A program made the position numbers and the translations under genes. From NCBI GenBank assembly GCA_044225505.1, contig JBGAIN010000003.1, positions 62,001-126,000 on the forward strand: a stretch of 64,000 nucleotides of DNA. Reading direction: 5' to 3'. The notes beneath the pieces were generated by a model. It ran no database searches. It saw nothing but the letters and a program-made list of their open reading frames with translations, and was not told the origin of the DNA. Below, one piece after another: positions 1-9,585 of the stretch. The DNA comes from Limisphaerales bacterium. GTDB taxonomy: Bacteria > Verrucomicrobiota > Verrucomicrobiia > Limisphaerales > SIBE01. The stretch's first letter is position 1; the number at the start of each line of letters is the position of its first letter.

Positions 1-1
1 G

Positions 2-958
2 CCCAGCAAGAATCGGCACGCCACGACTCTCGCTCTTCCCACGTCCAAGCCAGGCACGGCGGCGGAGTCGTGCGTGACCACAAGCGGTGACGTCTCGCAA
101 CCTTCTTCAGTCGCTCTTGATCCCATCCGTTTCTCCAAAAGGATGCGAGGCGACGCGGTCTTGGCACGTCGCGTCGCGAGTCAGATTCTCGCGGAAATGC
201 CTGGGCACATTCGATCACTGGAAACGGCCGTCAAGAACCACGACCAATCCGCGCTGGCCCAGAAAGCGCGCCAGGTCGCTGGCGCGGCATCGCTTCTCAG
301 CGCGGAGTGCCTGGCGGCGGCAGCTCAGGAACTGCTCAAGCTTGCTCAAAAAGCGCCTCCAGTAGACCCGACCGATGCGCTCAAACAGCTTGAATCTGCG
401 TGGGAAACAGTATTCCAACACCTGGAGGCGTTGACTGGTTTGCGCTCCGAACCCAATGTGCCGGGGCCGGACTCATCCCTCAGCGAGCAATCAGCGCGCA
501 ATTCTGTTAGCTCTCCGCAGCTAACGGATACGACCGACCCAGCCGCAGTAGCGCCTGCGAGCGCGACCTTGGGTCAGACGGGGAGTCTCTCTCCGAAAAA
601 CACAGAATCGGATGAGTCTGTTCCACAGATTCATAACTCTGCCGCGTTTCTTCAACGCGTCATGAACGATCGCCAGCTCGCGCAAACTCTCAGCGAGAAA
701 TTCCTCGCCGAGTTGCCTCAACAAATCTCCGAGATCAAACTTGCGATTGCGAGTGGAGACGCGGAGCGGATCACTCAATTGGCGCACCGTCTGCGCGGTT
801 CCTCTGGGCTCCTGGGCGGCGAGATACTGCAGAACTTGGCCAGCGAGATTGAAATGACCGGGAAGGCAGGGCGTGTAAAAAGCCTTGAAGGATATGTGCC
901 GTCGCTGGAAACCGCATCGGCAGCACTCCAAGAGCAGCTCCACAAGTTCTGTGGATAG
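2..958 (+). CDS. C-terminal part of a signalling protein with two tandem Hpt-like domains (probably a hybrid histidine kinase, 5' end outside the window)
   Basis: The frame has no stop from position 2. The second domain has the Hpt motif AHRLRGSSGLLG. The first domain (ARQVAGAASLLS) aligns with it but lacks the His. A Ser/Pro-rich linker separates them. Confidence 0.75.
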   Translation, partial: PSKNRHATTLALPTSKPGTAAESCVTTSGDVSQPSSVALDPIRFSKRMRGDAVLARRVASQILAEMPGHIRSLETAVKNHDQSALAQKARQVAGAASLLSAECLAAAAQELLKLAQKAPPVDPTDALKQLESAWETVFQHLEALTGLRSEPNVPGPDSSLSEQSARNSVSSPQLTDTTDPAAVAPASATLGQTGSLSPKNTESDESVPQIHNSAAFLQRVMNDRQLAQTLSEKFLAELPQQISEIKLAIASGDAERITQLAHRLRGSSGLLGGEILQNLASEIEMTGKAGRVKSLEGYVPSLETASAALQEQLHKFCG

Positions 959-1227
959 CCACGCGACGTGAGCTCAGCCAGGAATCTCATGGCAAGCCCC
1001 TCGTGGTCGGATCTGTCCGGCTTAGTTCTCGGTCGTGGTAGTGAGCTACCGCGTGGAAAAGCAACCCGGCCCAAGCCTCATTCACCAAATGACCTATTTT
1101 ACGCGATGGGGCTCAACTCCAGTGGTATGATGCCAAACCATCAGCCGTCATTCGCCGTTTTGTCGTGGCTTGCACCGTCGGGAACAACGAGTGTAGCCTG
1201 GGGAATCGCGCAAAACCCTAAAACGTC

Positions 1228-4200
1228 GTGAACGAACAAACTGCGGCGCTAAACGGTCCCTGCACATCTTCCAGTGAAGCGCGTCTCCGGTTGGCCATGA
1301 CGGACGCTGGAATTGGGACGTGGTATCGAGACTTGGTCACCCAGCAGCTGAGCTGGTCAGACGCGTGCCTAAGCCTGTTCGGCTTCCCGGTGGGAACGGA
1401 ATTGACTTACGCGAGGTTTTTGGACGCCTTGCATCCGGACGACCGAAGCCGGATCAATGAGACTGTCAAACGAGCGATCACCTCGCGCGAGCCTTACGAC
1501 GTGGAGTATCGCACGATTTGGCCAGACAGATCAGTCCACTGGGTCGCGGCGAAGGGGCGAGCTTGCTATTCTTCGGAAGGACATCCTCTCGTTTTTCAGG
1601 GGATCGCTCGAGACATCACCCGAGAGAGGCGGATGGACGACGTTCTGCGGGAAAAATCGCAACAACTCGAGCACAGCCTGAGTGAACTTCGGCTGGCTTT
1701 GACGTTTGGACGCTCCGGGACGTTCGATTTGGATATCAAGACCGGCGTGGGTGCAATGTCACCAGAAATGGAAGCCCTCTATGGCGTGGCGCCCGGTACT
1801 TTTAGTGGGACACTCTCCGAATGGGAATCGTGGATTGTTCCGGAAGACCTCGACATTGTGCGCGGAGCAATCGGCCAAACCCTGCGCGACGGCGAAGGTA
1901 TTTCCACATTTCGGATCCACCGACGCGATAACTATGAACTGCGCTGGATCGAGGCCCGGGCTCAGGTTTCCTATGACGATTCGGGCCGCCCCTTCCGTAT
2001 GATCGGTGTTCACATCGACATGACGGAACGGAAGCGAGCGGAAGAAGCGATGCAAGAGGCCAATTTGTTTAGTCAACACGTGATCAATAGCGTGGACGAA
2101 GGGATCGTGGTTTACGACCGCGAGTTAAGCTACAAAGTCTGGAACCCATTCATGGAGACGGTGACCGGCCTTCGGTCAAGCCAGGTCTTGGGCAGATCTG
2201 CCCTCCACGTTTTTCCCTTTCTGCGCGATACTGGGCTCCAGGCCAATTGGACCAAAGCATTAGCCGGTGAAGAGTCCTCCCCCGTAGAGTTCGAGTATGT
2301 GGTTCCCCAAACTGGACGTCGCGGCTGGGCTTCCGATAAAACCGGACCGTTCCGCAACACCCGAGGTGAAATCATCGGCGTCATTTCCGTGGTGTCTGAG
2401 ATCACCAAACAAAAGCAGGCCGAGAAGACGTTGCGCGAATCCCAAGCGCGGCTCGCCAAGATTTTTGAGGCGAACCCCGTCGGCATCAATATTTTCAGAA
2501 TCTCGGACAATCGCTCGGTCGACGTAAACGAGGCTTTCCTTCAGATCGTCGGGTATCGACGCGAGGAAGTGGTGGGACATTCCGCGCAAGAACTCGACCT
2601 TTTTGTTACTCCTCACCAGCACGATTCCTGGATGAGTCGAGTTCTCGAGGTCAAACCCATTCGGAATCAAGACGCACAAATTCGCCGAAAATCTGGCGAA
2701 ATCAGAGATGTGATGGCTTCGATCGACATCTTGGATTTTGGCGGCGAGTCGATGGGGTTGATCATCATGACCGATATTTCGGAACGGAAACGGGTGGAGG
2801 AAGCGCTCCGTCAGAGCGAGTCGCAACTGCAAACGGCTCAAGCGATCGCCCGCCTTGGAAGTTGGCACATCGATCTGCTTCACAATCGATTGACCTGGTC
2901 CACCGAGGTCGGCCGGATTTTTTCGCGGGCTGAACCTCCTGCGACCTATGCCGAGTTTTTGGATTGCGTTCACCCAGATGATCGCAACCGTTTGGAGCAA
3001 GCGTGGCACGCCACTCTAAAAGGCGCTCCATTGAATCTGGAGCATCGCGTTGTCGCCGCAGGGCAGACCAAGTGGGTCCACCAGCAAGCTGCTTTGGAAT
3101 TCGATTCCCAGGGGCTTCCGGCAGGCTGCCTCGGAACAGTCCAAGACATTACCGACCGCAAACAGTTAGAGGCTCAACTTCATCAAGCTCAGAAGCTCGA
3201 GGCTGTCGGTCAACTGGCTGGTGGCGTAGCGCACGACTTTAACAACATTCTAGCCGCCATCCTCATGCAACTGGGCCTGCTGCGAATGACCGCGAATCTC
3301 GACGAGCAAACCCAGACTGGACTCCAAGACTTAGAGACAGAAGCCCGGCGCGCAACCACTTTGACGCGGCAGTTGCTCATGTTTAGCAGGCGTTCAGTTC
3401 TGCAAGTTCGCACGCTCGACCTGAGCGATGTCATTGCGAACTTTCTCAAGATGCTCGGGCGCTTGATCGGAGAGGATATTCGGCTCGTCTTCGACAGTGC
3501 CAGCCATCTTCCTGCGATCGAAGCGGACGCTGGCATGATGGAGCAGGTGCTGATGAATTTAGTCGTAAATTCTCGCGACGCTATGCCACGAGGGGGTCGC
3601 ATCACGATCAGTACTACCGTTGTGAAAATCGCAGATTCCTCTCTCAGCGCGCATTCCCATTGTCGGCCAGGAACCTTCGTCTGTCTGTCCGTGGCAGACA
3701 CCGGAACTGGCATGGACGAGCCGACATTGAAGCGGATTTTCGAACCCTTTTTTACCTCCAAAGAACAAGGTAAAGGCACTGGTCTGGGATTAGCCACGGT
3801 TCACGGCATCGTGGCTCAGCATCAGGGTTGGATCGAAGTCAAAAGCCAGGTCGGCGAAGGCACGGTCTTTCGCATTTACCTTCCGGCCTCAGGAAAACCC
3901 ATATATCCAGGCGCCTTGGCCACTCCTGAGCCAATTCGACGAGGCCAGGAAACAATCCTATTAGTTGAGGACGAACCTAAGGTGAGGCGCTTGGTCGCAC
4001 GAACGTTGCGGGCGCTTGGGTACGGCGTCCATGAGGCAGCGAATGGCCAGGAAGCAATGGACCAATGGCAACAATATGGGTCTCAGGTGGACCTACTGTT
4101 TACGGACATGGTGATGCCAGAAGGAATGACAGGCCTGGAGTTGGTGGAGCGACTGCAAGCGCTCAAGAGCGGGTTGAAAGCGATAATCTCCAGCGGTTAC

Positions 4201-4320
4201 AGTGCGGAAATCGTTCAGACTAAGCTCTCCAATCGCACGGGCATCGTTTACCTGCCTAAACCCTACGAGACGAAAGTCCTGGCCGAGGTCGTGCGCGCTT
4301 GCCTCGACGGGAAAGGTTGA
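1228..4320 (+). CDS. Multi-PAS hybrid sensor histidine kinase with receiver domain
   Basis: About five PAS/PAC units (HPDDR...DIT), H-box VAHDFNNIL, N-box NLVVNSRDAM, DTGTGM and GTGLGL boxes, receiver ILLVEDE...TDMVMP...KP. Confidence 0.95.
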   Translation: MNEQTAALNGPCTSSSEARLRLAMTDAGIGTWYRDLVTQQLSWSDACLSLFGFPVGTELTYARFLDALHPDDRSRINETVKRAITSREPYDVEYRTIWPDRSVHWVAAKGRACYSSEGHPLVFQGIARDITRERRMDDVLREKSQQLEHSLSELRLALTFGRSGTFDLDIKTGVGAMSPEMEALYGVAPGTFSGTLSEWESWIVPEDLDIVRGAIGQTLRDGEGISTFRIHRRDNYELRWIEARAQVSYDDSGRPFRMIGVHIDMTERKRAEEAMQEANLFSQHVINSVDEGIVVYDRELSYKVWNPFMETVTGLRSSQVLGRSALHVFPFLRDTGLQANWTKALAGEESSPVEFEYVVPQTGRRGWASDKTGPFRNTRGEIIGVISVVSEITKQKQAEKTLRESQARLAKIFEANPVGINIFRISDNRSVDVNEAFLQIVGYRREEVVGHSAQELDLFVTPHQHDSWMSRVLEVKPIRNQDAQIRRKSGEIRDVMASIDILDFGGESMGLIIMTDISERKRVEEALRQSESQLQTAQAIARLGSWHIDLLHNRLTWSTEVGRIFSRAEPPATYAEFLDCVHPDDRNRLEQAWHATLKGAPLNLEHRVVAAGQTKWVHQQAALEFDSQGLPAGCLGTVQDITDRKQLEAQLHQAQKLEAVGQLAGGVAHDFNNILAAILMQLGLLRMTANLDEQTQTGLQDLETEARRATTLTRQLLMFSRRSVLQVRTLDLSDVIANFLKMLGRLIGEDIRLVFDSASHLPAIEADAGMMEQVLMNLVVNSRDAMPRGGRITISTTVVKIADSSLSAHSHCRPGTFVCLSVADTGTGMDEPTLKRIFEPFFTSKEQGKGTGLGLATVHGIVAQHQGWIEVKSQVGEGTVFRIYLPASGKPIYPGALATPEPIRRGQETILLVEDEPKVRRLVARTLRALGYGVHEAANGQEAMDQWQQYGSQVDLLFTDMVMPEGMTGLELVERLQALKSGLKAIISSGYSAEIVQTKLSNRTGIVYLPKPYETKVLAEVVRACLDGKG

Positions 4321-4429
4321 GGGACACTCCCTCGACCCAACTGCCTTTTGCACACAGTGCCAATCCAGCTGTCACAGTCGGCGTCGGTTTAGCGTGCGAG
4401 AGCGTGCACTCGATGTTAGCCTCGGGAAA

Positions 4430-4792
4430 ATGAACAACTCGATGGCACTCCGGATTGCAGCAGTGGCTGGCATGCTCGCGGTTGCGCTGGGCGCCTTTGG
4501 CGCCCACGGTCTCAAGGACGTTTTGACACGCCACGGCACGGCAGCGATTTGGGAAACGGCCGTCTTTTACCATTTCGTGCATAGCATTGTGCTACTCATT
4601 TTAGGCAGTCGGATGCCGCTTTTGAGGGGTGCCTGGGTCTGTTTCCTCGTCGGAATTTTCATATTCTCTGGATCCCTTTATCTGCTGGCGTTTACCGGTG
4701 TGCGCTGGCTCGGCGCGATCACGCCTGTGGGGGGCGTCAGTCTCATCTTAGGCTGGCTTTGGCTGGCAATCGCTCCTCCAACTCCGCGGTAG
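4430..4792 (+). CDS. DUF423 (YgdD/TMEM256-like) small membrane protein
   Basis: Motifs VALGAFGAHGL, YHFVH, FSGSLY and LGAITPVGG. Start moved to ATG 4430. Confidence 0.9.
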   Translation: MNNSMALRIAAVAGMLAVALGAFGAHGLKDVLTRHGTAAIWETAVFYHFVHSIVLLILGSRMPLLRGAWVCFLVGIFIFSGSLYLLAFTGVRWLGAITPVGGVSLILGWLWLAIAPPTPR

Positions 4793-5083
4793 GACTTTAC
4801 GCTCCTCGGCGTGTGCCAAGGTGGACTCGAGGTCACGGTTTGCGACCGGAACCGAAGCTAAACTCCCCCTCGCCTCCTCGGCCTTTGCCGCGCAACGCCA
4901 CTGGTGCACACGCCCTGCAGCGCCTAACAGCAGAAACCAAAGCATCATATTCCGCGGCTGTATCAAAACGCGTTCCAATGCGCTCATCATATAGTTGCAG
5001 CTGTATCCCATGGCTATATCCAAGCAGAGAGAACCCAAAAACTGGTAGCGATAGAACAACGCCGCTCCCACGTTCCACCACAA
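4748..5083 (-). pseudogene. 3' fragment of a polytopic membrane protein gene (resembles the C-terminus of an O-antigen ligase/polymerase family protein)
   Basis: Reads LWWNVGAALFYRYQFLGSLCLDIAMG...LERVLIQPRNMMLWFLLLGAAGRV, hydrophobic helices with no plausible 5' part. Family assignment is from recall only. Confidence 0.4.
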
Positions 5084-5471
5084 GGAGGTGTCCATGCGGT
5101 TTCCCGTGATCTCGACCGCCTGGCTCGAATTGAAGCGTTTGCCGTTCGCCTGGTGGCCCAGCGACTTGTTTCACAAAGCGAGCCGGCGCCCTCATTGGAT
5201 GATTCGCCGCACCGTGCTTCTCACGCATCCACGTTGTTATTTATCTTTCCGGCGCCCCTACGCCACGATGCTGGAAGAGATCAAGCAAAGCATCTCCAGC
5301 CGCCGCTTAGCCGTCCTGGTCACTCACTGGTAAGAGTTTTTTCGCGACCTCAAGCCTGATCTGTCGTTCATTGCCATCCTGCACGAACTGGCCGAATACC
5401 TCGCCGAATGCGAAGATATTCGCGTGATTACGTTTCGCGACGTCGCCGTTGGCCAAGTGCCGGTTAATTGA
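5082..5471 (+). pseudogene. 5'-truncated gene fragment with an internal stop (possibly polysaccharide deacetylase-like)
   Basis: The frame stays protein-like across TAA at 5331-5333: ...RRLAVLVTHW*EFFRDLKPDLSFIAILHELAEYLAECEDIRVITFRDVA... to TGA 5469-5471. Confidence 0.5.
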
Positions 5472-5698
5472 GCGTCCGGCCAGCGCCAAGTCTCCCGAAA
5501 ACGGGCCCGACCGAATTTGGCATCCATAACGTTGATAGATTAGCGGGCGATCGACCGAGCGGAGTTCCGAGAACCCAGCCGAAGATCGACCTGACAATTC
5601 TTTGTAACAAATCGCGAGCTCCTGGGTTAGGAAATTGGCTCCCAGGCAGCGGCGGGCTGGTGTTGAATCGATCGCAAGAGTTCTCGATGCTTATCCGG

Positions 5699-7288
5699 AT
5701 GAAACGATTTCTGTGGCTACTGGTGGGGTTGCTAACGTCCAACGGCCCACTGCTGGCTGCCATCGCCGAAGCGTCCGAGCGGAAACCGCCCGTCGGTGCC
5801 GACCTCTTCTCCGAGGCCTCCATTCCTCAACTGGAAATTGAGCTTTCCGAAGCGAACACCGAGCGCTTGCGTCAGCGCCCCCGCAGTTACGTCCTCGCCA
5901 CAATTCGTGAAGGGAACACGACCTATACGAACGTCTCGATCCGACTAAAAGGCGGACCTGGAAGTTCCCGCCCATTCGACGACAAGCCTGCGTTCACCGT
6001 CAATTTCGAACGGCAAGCGCCCGGACAACGCTTCCACGGACTCAAGAAGATCCACCTGAACAACTCCGTCCAGGACCACTCCTACCTCGGCGAGAAAATC
6101 AGCCGAGAACTCTTCGCCGCTGCCGGGGTCCCCGCACCGCGGGCTGGACATGCCTGGGTCGAGGTGAATGGGCGGAACCTTGGCTTCTACGTCTTGATCG
6201 AAGGGATTAACAAGCAGTTCCTGAAGCGTTATTTCTCGGACCCGACCGGAAACCTCTACGACGGCCATTCCCAATCCGAAGTCAATCGGCGCATGCGCAC
6301 GAACTCCGGCGAAAACCGCGAAGATCATTCCGGCCTGCGCGCCTTGGCAGCCGCCGCTCAAGAACCGGTGTTGGCCACGCGCTTGGCTGCTCTGGAAAAA
6401 GCCTTGGACGTCGATGAATTCCTCTCTTTCCTGGCCACCGAAATCATGCTCTGCCATTGGGACGGCTATGCGATGAACCGAAATAATTTCCGGGTTTATC
6501 ACGACCGCGACCGGAACCGTTGCGTGTTCATTCCCCAAGGGACAGACCAGGTGTTCCAGCGCCCCAACACGTCCATCTTCACTGGAATGGCAGGCTTAGT
6601 CGCAAAATCGGCGCTGGAAATCCCCGAACTCCGCGAACGGTATCGACAGCGCGCGAGCCAGTTACTGACCAATGTCTGGCAAATCGGCCCTTTGACAAAT
6701 CACATCTACGAAGTGGGCGCGAAGATTCGGGAGAGCATGGCCCTCCACGATTCGTCCACCGCTGCTTCCTATATGCCCCGGGTTACAGCTTTTAGCCGCC
6801 GCGTCCAACAGCGGGTCCGCATCCTGCAACGCGAGCTGGTGCTCCCAAGTGCAGAAGCGCGCTTTGACAATTCCGGACTTCTCTCGGTGACAGATTGGCA
6901 ACCTCAAACCGATCTTGGATCCGCCACGCTGACCAAGGAACCAGGTCCTCAACAAAGCGTGGCCCTCCACATCCGAGCTCAAGAGCCGTGTGCCGCGTCA
7001 TGGCGAAGCCGCGTCCAGCTCGAAAAAGGGCGGTATCGGTTCCACGGACGAATGCGTTGGCAAGGCGTCGAACTCGATCCGCAAGATCCGAAGGATGGAG
7101 TCGGCCTGCGGGTTTCTCGACGCAAGTTCGCTCGGGCCATTTCTGGCGATGCCCCCTGGACAACGGTTGCCTTTGATTTCGAAGTCACCGAAGACCGCGC
7201 GGATGTCGAGTTGGTTTGCGAATTGCGCGCCACGGCTGGCGACGCTTGGTTTGATCAAGGTTCTCTCCGTCTCATCCGCCAGGAATAA
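5699..7288 (+). CDS. cotH: Exported CotH kinase family protein with C-terminal beta-sandwich (CBM-like) domain
   Basis: Signal peptide MKRFLWLLVGLL. CotH motifs IRLKG, KIHLNN, LGFYVLIE, HWDGY..NRNNFRVY, FIPQGTDQVF. Confidence 0.85.
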   Translation: MKRFLWLLVGLLTSNGPLLAAIAEASERKPPVGADLFSEASIPQLEIELSEANTERLRQRPRSYVLATIREGNTTYTNVSIRLKGGPGSSRPFDDKPAFTVNFERQAPGQRFHGLKKIHLNNSVQDHSYLGEKISRELFAAAGVPAPRAGHAWVEVNGRNLGFYVLIEGINKQFLKRYFSDPTGNLYDGHSQSEVNRRMRTNSGENREDHSGLRALAAAAQEPVLATRLAALEKALDVDEFLSFLATEIMLCHWDGYAMNRNNFRVYHDRDRNRCVFIPQGTDQVFQRPNTSIFTGMAGLVAKSALEIPELRERYRQRASQLLTNVWQIGPLTNHIYEVGAKIRESMALHDSSTAASYMPRVTAFSRRVQQRVRILQRELVLPSAEARFDNSGLLSVTDWQPQTDLGSATLTKEPGPQQSVALHIRAQEPCAASWRSRVQLEKGRYRFHGRMRWQGVELDPQDPKDGVGLRVSRRKFARAISGDAPWTTVAFDFEVTEDRADVELVCELRATAGDAWFDQGSLRLIRQE

Positions 7289-7469
7289 GTCGGCCCCATC
7301 CCCCGTCGCTCATCTCACGAGGGACAGATACGCTTTCCCCCAACGGTTGCCCCTGCCCTGTGCACGACGGGCTTGGACAATCGCGCCAAATCCCGGTAAG
7401 CTGCTGCACGATGCGTCAAACCCCGCTGTTGAGAGTTTTGCCATTCAGGCCCAGGCTTAGGCCTTAAAG

Positions 7470-8273
7470 ATGTCTATGGGCGGTCTTTTCTACACCCTCG
7501 GACGCAGCGTGGGCTACGCGACCATTCCCGCAATTCGGAAGTCGAAATGGGTTTGGCAATCACTCACCGGCAACGAAGCGGAGTCGCTTCAATCCGAGCT
7601 TGAATTCGGCCGCGCCCTGGCCGCCGAACTGCGTCTCAAAACCGGCGTGAGCCATGATCCCTCTGACACCGCCTTGATTCAGGGAATTGTGAAACAGCTA
7701 AGCACCTGCGTTCGTAACAAACTCCGAACGTTCAAAGGGGAGGTCCAGCTCGATACAGCTCCCACCGCCTTGGCTTTGCCCGGCGGCTTTATTTTTGTCA
7801 GCACGGGACTCCTTGATTTCTGCAGCCGCAACCCGGACGAAATCGCGTTCGTAATTGGGCATGAGATGGGGCACATCGTCCGCGGACATGCCTTGCAACG
7901 GATGTTGGGCAGGATTGGAGCGGAAGGCCTTTCGTCCGTCCTGAGCCGTGGACTCCTCAATCCGGCGCTCCGTGAGACCGGTCTTAAGTGGCTGGAAAGC
8001 TCCCATTCCACGGACGCGGAACAGGAAGCCGATGAGTTCGGGATCCGGGTGCTGACTGCGGCAGGCTTTCACCCGAAGGGCGCCTTCCAACTCTTCACTC
8101 GCCTGGCGTTGCTTCGCGAGCAAGGGCAGCTCACCGCCAGCTACTTCGTCTCGCACCCGCCAGAATCAGAAAGGACAGCTCAACTGAAAGCTGTCCTCTC
8201 TTCGATAAACTCTGCTCTGGGTTCATCCAGAGCGGGCACCGGTTCGACACCAAGTGCTCCAGCGAGCCCTTGA
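7470..8273 (+). CDS. M48 family zinc metallopeptidase
   Basis: ALPGGFIFVSTGLL, HEMGH zinc motif, EQEADEFG, SHP...R. Confidence 0.9.
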   Translation: MSMGGLFYTLGRSVGYATIPAIRKSKWVWQSLTGNEAESLQSELEFGRALAAELRLKTGVSHDPSDTALIQGIVKQLSTCVRNKLRTFKGEVQLDTAPTALALPGGFIFVSTGLLDFCSRNPDEIAFVIGHEMGHIVRGHALQRMLGRIGAEGLSSVLSRGLLNPALRETGLKWLESSHSTDAEQEADEFGIRVLTAAGFHPKGAFQLFTRLALLREQGQLTASYFVSHPPESERTAQLKAVLSSINSALGSSRAGTGSTPSAPASP

Positions 8274-8294
8274 GTCGCAGATGAGACGCCTCGA

Positions 8295-8678
8295 TTAACG
8301 TCGTCCGCCACCGCCACCGCCGCGGTAACCACCACCGCCGCCGCCGCCGCCACCGCCGCGGTAACCGCCGCCGCCACCACCACCACCACCGCCACGGTAG
8401 CCGCCGCCGCCGCCACCACCGCCACGGTCCTCACGCGGACGAGCTTCATTGACGGTCAGCGCGCGGCCTTTGAATTCTTTACCGTTGAACATGGTAATGG
8501 CTTTGGCCATGTCTGCCTCGGTCGCCATTTCCACGAACCCAAACCCTCGGGAACGCCCGGTCGTACGATCCTGCATGATGTCGACCGAGTTAACGCTGCC
8601 CGCCTGCGCGAACAGATCCTGCAGGTCGTTCTCGATCACGTCGAAGGAGAGATTTCCCACGAATAGCTTTGTGCCCAT
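8295..8678 (-). CDS. RRM RNA-binding protein with glycine-rich tail
   Basis: RNP2 KLFVGNL, RNP1 RGFGFVEM, LTVNEARPRE, then poly-Gly/YR repeats. Confidence 0.95.
   Translation of the reverse strand: MGTKLFVGNLSFDVIENDLQDLFAQAGSVNSVDIMQDRTTGRSRGFGFVEMATEADMAKAITMFNGKEFKGRALTVNEARPREDRGGGGGGGGYRGGGGGGGGGGYRGGGGGGGGGGYRGGGGGGRR
8300..8424 (-). repeat. Coding tandem repeat (GGN)n-TAC-CGY, encoding three G(8-10)YR units
   Basis: CCG/CCA runs punctuated three times by CGGTA on the plus strand. Confidence 0.85.
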
Positions 8679-8807
8679 TTAGGAGCCTTTCTTGTGCTGT
8701 TTTACCTGGCTGACGATGATCGTTCCCAGTTTCGGGTTTCAAATTGAACTGCTCCAAAGAGCGCGAGGGACAATTTTCCGCATCACGACGCACGCTGAAA
8801 ACAGGAC

Positions 8808-8837
8808 ATTGTGAGTAGAACACTCTTCTACCGTCAA
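8808..8837 (-). promoter_or_regulatory. Putative sigma70 promoter of the RRM gene with a palindrome in the spacer
   Basis: Minus strand TTGACG-N18-CACAAT. The spacer contains GTAGAA-N5-TTCTAC (8815-8831). Confidence 0.45.
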
Positions 8838-8945
8838 TGGGAAGCAAAAATTCAAGGCCAGAAATCGCCTTTAACCACCAGTGTCCAGAGTATTTAGGAA
8901 GGCGGACACCAAGCCGCGGCGGCTCTGCCCAAGCGCAGGTGCATT

Positions 8946-9057
8946 CGGAGTTCCACCGTATTTAACAGGGAATTAACTTGTATCTCACACGGTATTAACA
9001 CGGATTGTATCCGTGTTATATCCGAGTTAAATCCCTGTTATCTCCGTGTTATATACG
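8946..9057. repeat. Inverted array of 11-bp tandem repeats (consensus CGGAWWTAACA) around a central hairpin
   Basis: Five left units and four inverted right units. The centre TAACACGGAT-tgt-ATCCGTGTTA is a perfect 10-bp stem. Confidence 0.8.
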
Positions 9058-9389
9058 AACCAAGGCAGAAGTTACCCTTCAACCACCTCCAATCATCACC
9101 CCTTCTAAAACGCCACGGCGCCGATTGATTCGGCCTTCTCCCAATATCCGCCCGCGAAACGAAGGCGTTCCCGAACTCAGCCTCGAAAGCCGCGGGCGGC
9201 TCCCATTGGGCAAATCAACCCCTTGACAATGAGCACTTTGGACATCGATCTGATTCCATCGCCGCTGCCACCGCCTGGGTTTCTAGTCAAGAAAGCGGCG
9301 CCTTTTATTCAGAACGCTTCCTGGTGCACACCACGAAAGAATTGAATGACAATCGCACGGGGAGGAGCCCGACCAAGTGGATAAGAAGA

Positions 9390-9464
9390 TGGTGCGCGAT
9401 AGAGGGTTCGAACCTCTGACCCCTTCCGTGTCAAGGAAGTGCTCTACCACTGAGCTAACCGCGC
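9390..9464 (-). tRNA. trnV: tRNA-Val (GAC)
   Basis: GCGCGGTTAGCTCAGTGGTAGAGCACTTCCTT-GAC-ACGGAAGGGGTCAGAGGTTCGAACCCTCTATCGCGCACCA forms a full cloverleaf with encoded CCA. Confidence 0.97.
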
Positions 9465-9585
9465 AAGAGACTAAATTGACGCCCAACCCTGCTGCGGCTT
9501 GAGCGTCATGCGGAGCAGGATCGGTGAAAATGCTACGCGCTGCAAGCGAGATTTTCAGGCCTTTACCTAGCAAGCAGGATCGCAC

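Noticed and set aside
4833..5228. 131-aa minus-strand ORF
   Set aside because: No recognisable features, and it overlaps two more protein-like fragments.
8946..9057. CRISPR array interpretation of the 11-bp arrays (also 49899-50094)
   Set aside because: Units are too short, contiguous and inverted, with no unique spacers and no cas genes.
9005..9226. 73-aa ORF with repeated PCYIR
   Set aside because: A by-product of translating the 11-bp array.
9390..9464. tRNA-Val as a genomic island attachment site
   Set aside because: No integrase, and I saw no duplicate of the tRNA 3' end in the window.
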